Source: a virus
Taxonomy: Duplodnaviria > Caudoviricetes
Virus record (IMG/VR): IMGVR_UViG_3300033109_000098
Location: 1-31,559 of that record
Reading direction: 5' to 3' (one strand)
Length of the DNA: 31,559 bases
Below are positions 16,991 to 23,913 of the stretch, piece after piece. Under the pieces are notes generated by a model that had not been told where the DNA came from, ran no database searches, and saw only the letters and a program-made list of their open reading frames with translations. The position numbers and the translations under genes were made by a program. Each line of letters begins with the position of its first letter. The first letter of the stretch is position 1.

Positions 16991-17305
16991 CCACATGGCA
17001 TCGTCGATCGCGCGGTGCCCACACTTCACGCAGACCGCCGATCCCCCGCCGCAGCCGGTCGCAGCATCGACGATCTCGACCCATTTCGAATAGTCGTGAT
17101 CGGTTCCGTCCGGGCAGGTCGGCCGGGGCCCGCACTGGAAGATGGCCAGCGCCTCGGCAGGCTCCTCGTCTTCCGGCGCTTCATCCTCGAGGTCGAAAAC
17201 GGCACCGCATGCGGCGCAGCGTTGCAGGCGCTCGTCGCCACCAGGCAGATCGTCGCCCTCGTCATAGAGATAGGTCGTTTTGCATCCGCATTTTGGGCAG
17301 GCCAT
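16985..17305 (-). CDS. Cys-rich Zn-finger-like hypothetical protein (106 aa)
   Basis: CPKCGC, CAAC and CVKC motifs. SD GAGGA. Stop TAA lies within the attC R' box. Confidence 0.75.
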   Translation of the reverse strand: MACPKCGCKTTYLYDEGDDLPGGDERLQRCAACGAVFDLEDEAPEDEEPAEALAIFQCGPRPTCPDGTDHDYSKWVEIVDAATGCGGGSAVCVKCGHRAIDDAMWM

Positions 17306-17313
17306 TTCGTTCC

Positions 17314-17529
17314 TCAGTTTCCGCCTAGCATTGCGCCGCAGGCGTTGCAGCCGTATGCCAGGTTATCGTCCCAAAGATTGTTGCTCCCGCAGTGCGGGCA
17401 GCGCCCCGTGAATGCACCGGTCGGCTCATTGTTCGGGTTATTCTGTCGTCTCAACCGTGCCAGCGCTTGCGGATCATCGCGGGGGATATTTGTCTTGAAA
17501 GGGCTACGGTTTTGCTCTGTGTAGGCCAT
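17314..17529 (-). CDS. Zn-ribbon hypothetical protein (71 aa)
   Basis: CPHC...CNAC motifs. SD AAGGAG. Confidence 0.75.
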   Translation of the reverse strand: MAYTEQNRSPFKTNIPRDDPQALARLRRQNNPNNEPTGAFTGRCPHCGSNNLWDDNLAYGCNACGAMLGGN

Positions 17530-17583
17530 CGTTTTCTCCTTGGCTTGGGATCGGGCCGGAAAAATCCGCCCTTCGATGAGGGA

Positions 17584-17823
17584 TTAGCAGGAACGGCTCA
17601 TCGGTCCGCCAGTGTTCTTCGGTACGGCGCGCACGCCATCACCGATAACATCAAGGTCATCCTCATCAACCCACCAGCCATCCGGCACTTTCTTATCATC
17701 ACCCACGGGCGGCTGGATGTAATAGCGATTGCAGCCATAGAGGTTTTCACTTCTTGCCGTCACCACACCGCGCAATTTGGTCACTTTCGCCTGTACTTCT
17801 TTCCCAAGCTCACACTTAAACAT
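17584..17823 (-). CDS. Small phage hypothetical protein (79 aa)
   Basis: SD AGGAGA before ATG 17823. GVVTARSENLYGCNRYYIQP...WWVDE motif, a recurrent phage ORF type. Confidence 0.75.
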   Translation of the reverse strand: MFKCELGKEVQAKVTKLRGVVTARSENLYGCNRYYIQPPVGDDKKVPDGWWVDEDDLDVIGDGVRAVPKNTGGPMSRSC

Positions 17824-17907
17824 CCTGTTTCTCCTATAAGTAAAAAATCCTGCAAACATTTCCAGCATGTCGCGGCTGGACATAATTCCACGTTACTTTT
17901 TCATCGT

Positions 17908-18171
17908 TCACCCTTTCCGTAGTCGCTTAAGTTGATAGGCCCGGCTGACGCTGATCCCGAGGACCTTGGAGATCTTTTGCGCGTCGGCCTCGTCGCCGAG
18001 CTCGGCCAGGGCCTCGAGGTGGCTGCGCTTTTTCATGACGGGCACATAGGGCCGCGTGCCGCCGAAGGTGCCGCACAGCACGCGCTTGAACTTTTCCCAC
18101 TGGTCGTCGGGGATCTCGCGCAGCTCGGCGCGGATGGCGGCGAGCATGGCGAGCAGGTTATCTTCGGCCAT
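17908..18171 (-). CDS. Mor/C-family transcription activator (87 aa)
   Basis: FGGTRPYVP motif followed by a C-terminal HTH (ISKVLGISVSRAYQL), as in Mu Mor/C. Overlaps the terL end. Confidence 0.75.
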   Translation of the reverse strand: MAEDNLLAMLAAIRAELREIPDDQWEKFKRVLCGTFGGTRPYVPVMKKRSHLEALAELGDEADAQKISKVLGISVSRAYQLKRLRKG

Positions 18172-20341
18172 GGCGAGCCTCGCGTCGGGTGCGCAGCAGC
18201 GCATTGAATTGGGCCGCGGCCGCGGTGGCGCGGATATCGGCCTCGCTCGCGTCGGCCGGCGCCGGCGCGCTGGGTGCAGACGTCTGCACGGGCGGCTCGC
18301 TGTCCGGCTTTCCACCAGGTGGAAGGGTGGACGGTTCGGGATCGGCGGCGGCGCCGGCGAGCAGGTCGCCCTGGCGCAGGCGCAGGTCGTCGATGTCCCA
18401 CTGGACGGCGCGGCGTAGGTGCAGGCGAAGGTGGCGGCTCAGGTAGAGCGCGTAGTTGGTGCAGTCCAGCGCTTCGTTGCGGCGGTCGGTGCGGGCTTTC
18501 CAGCGGCGCTTGCGTGGGTTGTCGCGGCGCGGGATCTTCATTTCGGAGAGCATCTGCTCATAGAAGTCGGCGCGCACGCCTTCATACCAATGCATGCGGC
18601 CGGGCCCGTTGCCGGCCAGGCGGATGCGCCCGCCCTCCTGGGCCCAGCCGAGGATCAGATCCTTGGCCTTGGCGGTGCCGACGATATGCACCTGGACGCC
18701 GTAGCGGCTGGCCTTGGTGCTGCGGTGGTTGGGGTCGACGGGCTTGGGCGGGGTCCAGATCTCGACGCGGCCTTCGTCATCCGGCGCGCCCTTGAGCGCG
18801 AGCACTTGGCGATCGGCACGATGGTGGCGCCGGACAAACGAGTAGGCGGCATCGGAGGTCTGGCCGTCCGAGCTGTCGATGCCGACGGCGGCGATCTTGA
18901 GCTTGCTGCCGCCGGCATGGGTGACGGTGCGGCCGAGGAGCTGCTCGAGCTCGATCCAGGCGCCCTGGTGGGCGACGATCGTGGTGCCGTAGAGCTCGCC
19001 CCAGTAGGCGAGCCACATTTCCTCTCCGCGGCCGATGACCCAGCAGGTGACGGCCAGGCGATCGTGCTGGACGTCGACGGCGACAACGGGAAACACGCCG
19101 CCGGCCGGGCACGTCCATTCGAGGTATTTCTCGGCGCGTGCGGCGAGCTCCTCCTCTTCGGGCAGCTCGCCCTTGTATTCCCACGGCAGGCCGCGGCTGG
19201 CATTCCAGAAGGCCACCATTTTCTGAGGCTCGCCGCGATCGAATTCATGCAGGGCGGTGAGGTACTTTTCCGCCAGCACGGGGACGAAGCTGCCCTGGAA
19301 CACGCTCTGCAGCTCGTTGAAGTAGAAGCCGCGGTCGGGGTTATCAACCGTAGGCTCCCAGCCGTAGTTCGGCGGCACTGACGCGGCCGCGCGGATGTTG
19401 TCGACGCGCTGCTCGTCGGTCCACACGCTTCCGCAGTGCGGGCAGGCATAGTAGGCATCCTCCCAGCGAGCGCGGCCGTACACTTCGCGCTCGGGCCAGG
19501 TGGCGGCGAGGTCGGGCGCACGCAGCTCCTCGTCGGAGAGGTTGAGACCCGGGATCACGACATGCGACCAGTCGAGATCGTGCCGCTCGCCACAGTCATG
19601 GCAGGCGACCAGGAACCGCCGCTGGTCGGTGGTGCGCATTTCCTTCTCGATCTCGGACGCACCCTTGGCGGTTGGCGTGCCGCCGATGATCTCGAGGGTG
19701 TTGCGGATAGTCTTGCCGCGCTCGCGGAGCAGCGCGATCGAGTTGCCCTGCCCCTTCACATCCTTGTTCGTGTCGTCGGGTTCCTCGACATAGCGCACCT
19801 TGGCCGAGGTCGACTTCACGTCGGCCGGCGAATTCGACGCAACCAGCTTGAGCAGCCCGCCGGCGTAGTGTTTGCGCGTGGTGCTGTTGCCGTCGCTGCG
19901 CGACTTGAGCTTGATCCGCTTGGCCAGCGCAGGCGTGGCGCGCACCATCGGCGCGAACTTCTCGGCGTCGAAATCCTTCGCCGACTGGATCCGCGGAAAC
20001 ATCGCAACCTGCACGCACGGCCGCCAGTGCACGTGGAAGCCCATCACCGTGCAGACGACGCCGGCCGTCCAGGCAATCTGCGCCGACTTTTGCGCCACGA
20101 TCCGGCGCACGCCAGGCTCGCCGGCGGCAGCCAGCACGCCGCGCAGCGCCGGGATGTTCTCGGTGCTGAACGGCCCGGCATAGTCTGGGTTTTCTTCGGA
20201 CGACAGATAGCGATATTTCTCCGCCCAGTCCAACGGCGTGATATGCGGACGCGGGCGCAGCTCGGCAAACGCGCGAGCGAGCAGCTGGTCGAGCGCTTGC
20301 TCGGCCCAGGCATCCATCTCGATCGCGCCGCCGTCTGGCAT
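18158..20341 (-). CDS. terL: Terminase large subunit, lambda gpA family
   Basis: KSAQIAWT Walker A variant, YVEEPD Walker B, GTPT, CHDC/CPHC, VDVQHDRL, NEALDC. Start 20341 by TGATG coupling. Confidence 0.95.
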   Translation of the reverse strand: MPDGGAIEMDAWAEQALDQLLARAFAELRPRPHITPLDWAEKYRYLSSEENPDYAGPFSTENIPALRGVLAAAGEPGVRRIVAQKSAQIAWTAGVVCTVMGFHVHWRPCVQVAMFPRIQSAKDFDAEKFAPMVRATPALAKRIKLKSRSDGNSTTRKHYAGGLLKLVASNSPADVKSTSAKVRYVEEPDDTNKDVKGQGNSIALLRERGKTIRNTLEIIGGTPTAKGASEIEKEMRTTDQRRFLVACHDCGERHDLDWSHVVIPGLNLSDEELRAPDLAATWPEREVYGRARWEDAYYACPHCGSVWTDEQRVDNIRAAASVPPNYGWEPTVDNPDRGFYFNELQSVFQGSFVPVLAEKYLTALHEFDRGEPQKMVAFWNASRGLPWEYKGELPEEEELAARAEKYLEWTCPAGGVFPVVAVDVQHDRLAVTCWVIGRGEEMWLAYWGELYGTTIVAHQGAWIELEQLLGRTVTHAGGSKLKIAAVGIDSSDGQTSDAAYSFVRRHHRADRQVLALKGAPDDEGRVEIWTPPKPVDPNHRSTKASRYGVQVHIVGTAKAKDLILGWAQEGGRIRLAGNGPGRMHWYEGVRADFYEQMLSEMKIPRRDNPRKRRWKARTDRRNEALDCTNYALYLSRHLRLHLRRAVQWDIDDLRLRQGDLLAGAAADPEPSTLPPGGKPDSEPPVQTSAPSAPAPADASEADIRATAAAAQFNALLRTRREARHGRR

Positions 20342-20670
20342 CAGTCCACCTTCACCGGACGGCGTTCGAAGTCGCCACACCACTCTGCTGCTCTCATTAT
20401 CGGGAAGCGGGGCACCCATTGCCGCAGATCGCGTGCTGGATCTACTTTCTCCGAGACTGGAGCATGGCGCTGGCACGGAATTTCGTCATAGCCCTGTATG
20501 GGCCCTGAAAACCTGCACTCGGCGCAGCACTCTGGCAGGACGATTGGGATGAATTTCCAGCCCGTGGGAAATTCGGTGATGAAACCTCCGCTTTCATCTA
20601 CCCCGGGCCGATGATCGGTTTGCGCTTCGGGCGTCTTCATCAGGGTCTTTAGCAATTTCAGGATTTTCAT
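20341..20670 (-). CDS. Cys-rich hypothetical protein between terS and terL
   Basis: CAECRF...CQRHAP...FP...WCGDF pattern. Coupled to both neighbours. Confidence 0.7.
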   Translation of the reverse strand: MKILKLLKTLMKTPEAQTDHRPGVDESGGFITEFPTGWKFIPIVLPECCAECRFSGPIQGYDEIPCQRHAPVSEKVDPARDLRQWVPRFPIMRAAEWCGDFERRPVKVD

Positions 20671-21311
20671 CACTCCCCCTCCTCTTCAATGACATCTGCC
20701 GTAGACCAGGTAGCGAGCCGATGCAGAAAGCCTTCGAACTCGTGCTGCAGCATCGCTTCCCGCGCGTCGACCTCGGCAGGCAGCTCGCGCGCAAGGCGCC
20801 CGACCGCGTCAAGCCATTTTTCGCGCGCAGCGACGAAGGCGGCCTTGAGCTTGGGCTCGATCGCCTCCGCAAGAATGAGCTGGCCACGCCGCTCGGCGTT
20901 GTCCATTTCTGCCTTATCAGCCTGGGCTCGAGCCAGCCTGGCGCGCTCTGTAACGAGGTCGCTCTCGCCATTGGATGACCGACCGGCCGCGATCTCGCGC
21001 AGGCGCCTGATGTATTTGACGCGGATCTCGGAAAGCGACGCCAGCTTGTGGTCGATCGATGCTGCGTCCAGAAATTCCCGCACAGCGCGCTCTGACATAT
21101 CCAGGTGCGTCGCGATTTCGACCTGCTTGGGTGAGATCTCGATACGATCACGATCGGCCTTCACATGGCCGATGAAGTCCTGTACCAGGACAGGCAGCGC
21201 ATACGCATTTCGGTCAACGCGCCGTACCGCTCCGGACTTGACCAATGCCTCAAGCTCGCCAGGTGTGATCCCTAGCAGGCGCGCGGCGGTGTCGTGATTA
21301 AGGTTGCTCAT
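20670..21311 (-). CDS. terS: Terminase small subunit (Nu1-like, 213 aa)
   Basis: N-terminal HTH segments and ERARLARAQADKAEMDNAERRGQLI coiled-coil. Upstream of terL. Confidence 0.85.
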   Translation of the reverse strand: MSNLNHDTAARLLGITPGELEALVKSGAVRRVDRNAYALPVLVQDFIGHVKADRDRIEISPKQVEIATHLDMSERAVREFLDAASIDHKLASLSEIRVKYIRRLREIAAGRSSNGESDLVTERARLARAQADKAEMDNAERRGQLILAEAIEPKLKAAFVAAREKWLDAVGRLARELPAEVDAREAMLQHEFEGFLHRLATWSTADVIEEEGE

Positions 21312-21322
21312 TCAGGAGGCTT

Positions 21323-22627
21323 TCACGCACGTCCATCGGCTTTTATATCGTTGAATGTGCGACCGTCACCGTCGAGGCTGCCACTGCATCCGGTGAAGTC
21401 CTGCCAGCGCCTGACAATCACGTCGACATATGTTGGCTCGAGCTCGATAAGGCGGGCACAACGTCCCGTCATCGTCGCCGCGATCAAGGTCGATCCTGAA
21501 CCGCCGAAGAAATCTAATACCGTCGCGCCAGGCGCGCTGCTGTTCTGGATCGAACGGTTTATTAGATCGACTGGCTTCATGGTCGGATGGAGATCGTTCT
21601 TCTTCGTCCTATCGATCTCCCACAGCGACGGCAGATCAACCTCCCATACATCGACCTCGCCCTTCTTGCCATACCATGGATGCTCCGTAGTCCAGCCATA
21701 AAAGATCGGCTGGTAGTCATCCGCCCATCCCATGAACATCGGCTCGTAGAAAGACTTGTAGTCGCTGTTCGATAGTGTGAGGTGATTCTTTTTCCAGATA
21801 ATCAGGTTGCGCGTCTTAAGCCCATTGGCGCGCAGTGCGTCAAACATCCAGTCGATCCCCAACCGATAGAACGTTATGTACCAGGCCCCACCGCACCAGG
21901 CGCGCAGCTGAGCAGTGAAGTCCAATAGGAATTTCTCGCCAGCACTTTTCGACAGCTTGTCGTTTGCGATCGGCTTGTGCTTCGACTTCGTGCTCCCGTC
22001 GCTACCGATGGCGCCGGTGAAGTCCATGAGGTACGGAGGGTCTGTCCAAACGAGATCCGCCCGCTTTCCTTCCATGAGGCGGGAAACGTCTTCCAGCGAG
22101 AGGCTGTTCCCACACATTACACGGTGATCTCCCAGTAGCCAGACGTCACCAGGTTTGCTCACTGGGTCTGGATGCGGATCCGGAACCGCGTTGGGATCCG
22201 TGTTCCCGAGCATTCCGGCGGCAGCCTGAAGCGCTTTGGCGTCTGCCTCGCTGAACCCGGTCAAGCCAACGTCGAACCCAGCGTCAAGCAGCTCGCGCAG
22301 CTCGACCCGGAGCATCTCGTCATCCCACCCACCCTGCTCGCCGAGCTTGTTATCTGCGATCACGTAGGCACGCATCTGCGCGTCGCTTAGATGACTGACA
22401 TCGATGGTCGGTACCATATCGAGGCCGAGCTTGCGTGCGGCCATCACTCTTCCATGGCCCGCCACGATGGTCCGATCCCCACGAACTAGTACCGGATTCG
22501 TGAATCCGAACTCGCGCATCGAGGCTGCTATCGCAGCCACCTGATCCTCTGAGTGCGTACGCGAGTTGCGTGCGTATGGCAGCAACTCTTCCGTAGCGAC
22601 CAATCTCACGTCATTAGCCAAAAACAT
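21323..22627 (-). CDS. ParB-like N-domain fused to amino (N6A/N4C) DNA methyltransferase (434 aa)
   Basis: PYARNSRTH...FGFTNP...AGHGR...ADNK ParB/Srx fold, plus DPPY, HPTMKP and DFFGGSGST methyltransferase motifs. Confidence 0.92.
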   Translation of the reverse strand: MFLANDVRLVATEELLPYARNSRTHSEDQVAAIAASMREFGFTNPVLVRGDRTIVAGHGRVMAARKLGLDMVPTIDVSHLSDAQMRAYVIADNKLGEQGGWDDEMLRVELRELLDAGFDVGLTGFSEADAKALQAAAGMLGNTDPNAVPDPHPDPVSKPGDVWLLGDHRVMCGNSLSLEDVSRLMEGKRADLVWTDPPYLMDFTGAIGSDGSTKSKHKPIANDKLSKSAGEKFLLDFTAQLRAWCGGAWYITFYRLGIDWMFDALRANGLKTRNLIIWKKNHLTLSNSDYKSFYEPMFMGWADDYQPIFYGWTTEHPWYGKKGEVDVWEVDLPSLWEIDRTKKNDLHPTMKPVDLINRSIQNSSAPGATVLDFFGGSGSTLIAATMTGRCARLIELEPTYVDVIVRRWQDFTGCSGSLDGDGRTFNDIKADGRA

Positions 22628-22659
22628 AAAACCGGAACCCCCTTAGCAGTTGAAATAAC

Positions 22660-22713
22660 TAGCGAAAATCTGCGGTCGTTTCGCGCCGCATGGGGGGTGG
22701 CCAGGAAGGACCC
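22660..22713 (-). promoter_or_regulatory. Putative lambda-like cos site (cosQ plus cosN)
   Basis: Minus strand GGGTCCT (identical to lambda cosQ), then TGCGG-N10-CCGCA dyad, then TTTTCGCTA. Upstream of the terminase genes. Confidence 0.65.
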
Positions 22714-22752
22714 GCGGGCCATTGACCACCCCCGCGATCATCACGACGCGGC

Positions 22753-23352
22753 TCACTTCACGTACCCCAGCAGCACGGCGCGCGCTTCGCGTTCGAAGTT
22801 CGCTTCGAACTTGTCGAGCATGACCTGGCGCACGATCACGTTGATGCGCTTGGCGTTGAACATCTGCGGCACGTCGATCGTGTTCAGTGCCTTGATCGGC
22901 AGCCGAGACTTGCCCTCACGGATGAACACGGTGCGACCGTTGTTGCCGATGAATGCACCCTTGATCATCTTCTTGCCGCCCTGGCGCTTGATCTGGAACT
23001 GCAGCTGCTCGAGCGTGCCTTTCTTCAGCCGGCGCTTGGCTTCGGCTAGGCTGACCTTCTTCTCGACGAAGGCGATCAGGTTCATCGAGCGGCCCTTGCC
23101 CTTGCTGGTTGCTGCCAGCACGACCGACAGGCCGAGCGTGTTGGGCTTGGCGCGCGTCACCTGCAGCCGCTGCTTGACCTGTGCAGACGTCAGCATGTAT
23201 TCGCGGCTGATCTGGCGCGCCATGGCCGTGCGGCCCTGGTCGATGGTCTTGTTCAGCGCGCGCGATACGGCCTTGTTCGCCAGGTCGTCACGCATGGTCG
23301 CCAGCTGGCGCTTGACCTCGGGGAAGTTGTCGCGGATGTCGAGCTGGATCAT
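22753..23352 (-). CDS. gpZ-like (minor tail/neck) protein (199 aa)
   Basis: AVSRALNKT, IKGAFI...VFIREGKSRLPI motifs. ATGA coupling with the upstream gene. Confidence 0.75.
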   Translation of the reverse strand: MIQLDIRDNFPEVKRQLATMRDDLANKAVSRALNKTIDQGRTAMARQISREYMLTSAQVKQRLQVTRAKPNTLGLSVVLAATSKGKGRSMNLIAFVEKKVSLAEAKRRLKKGTLEQLQFQIKRQGGKKMIKGAFIGNNGRTVFIREGKSRLPIKALNTIDVPQMFNAKRINVIVRQVMLDKFEANFEREARAVLLGYVK

Positions 23353-23612
23353 GCCGCCCGCCTTTCCGCTTCGGCCTGCTCGCGCATCCTGCCCTCGGCG
23401 TCGCGCACCGTCGACTCGAAGCGGCGGATCTCCTCGGCCAGGCCTGCGATCCAGTTCGCCCAGCACGCCAGCTGCTCGACATCATTGCCCTCGACCGCCG
23501 CCTTGATGCCGCAATCGGCCTCGGCCAGCTCCTCGGCGCTCCAGCCGTCGACGTCGGCCCACTGTTTGCGCACCAGGGCATAGTCGATGCGCAGGATTTC
23601 GATATTCACCAC
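23349..23612 (-). CDS. Hypothetical protein (~87 aa)
   Basis: SD GGAGG then GTG at 23612/23609. Coupled to the gpZ-like gene. Confidence 0.65.
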   Translation of the reverse strand: MVNIEILRIDYALVRKQWADVDGWSAEELAEADCGIKAAVEGNDVEQLACWANWIAGLAEEIRRFESTVRDAEGRMREQAEAERRAA

Positions 23613-23626
23613 AGATTTTCCTCCCA

Positions 23627-23883
23627 AGGTTGGACGGTAGGACGGCAGGTTGGACGGCTGAAACCCGCGCAAATACTGGATTTGTCCAACCTTCTAACCT
23701 CGTCCAACCTAAAAACGTGATGGCACATGCGCGCGTGTGCGTGCGTGCGCATGCGTGCCTGCGCGCCTACGTGTGTGCGTGCGGGAAAAGGTTGGACGAG
23801 GTTGGACGGTTGGACGGATGCCCTATCCATGCGGGTTTGCGCCGTCCAACCTTTTCCGGGCCGTCCAACCTCAGGTTGGACGG
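23627..23883. repeat. Iteron-like repeat array / putative replication origin
   Basis: About 12 copies of (A)GGTTGGACG(G) in both orientations around an alternating purine-pyrimidine tract, directly downstream of the primase-helicase. Confidence 0.8.
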
Positions 23884-23913
23884 ATTGCCCCGATCTCTGG
23901 ATGTGACGGCAGG

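Noticed and set aside
17313-17345. GCCTAGC as an attC R'' box between small genes
   Set aside because: No matching stem or R' box at a suitable distance, and it lies within coding sequence.
20342-20476. Longer N-terminus for TerL as given in the ORF track
   Set aside because: It overlaps the upstream Cys-rich gene. The TGATG-coupled start at 20341 is more plausible.
23627-23883. Repeat array as a CRISPR
   Set aside because: Repeats are only 9-11 bp, occur in both orientations and lack regular unique spacers. No cas genes.
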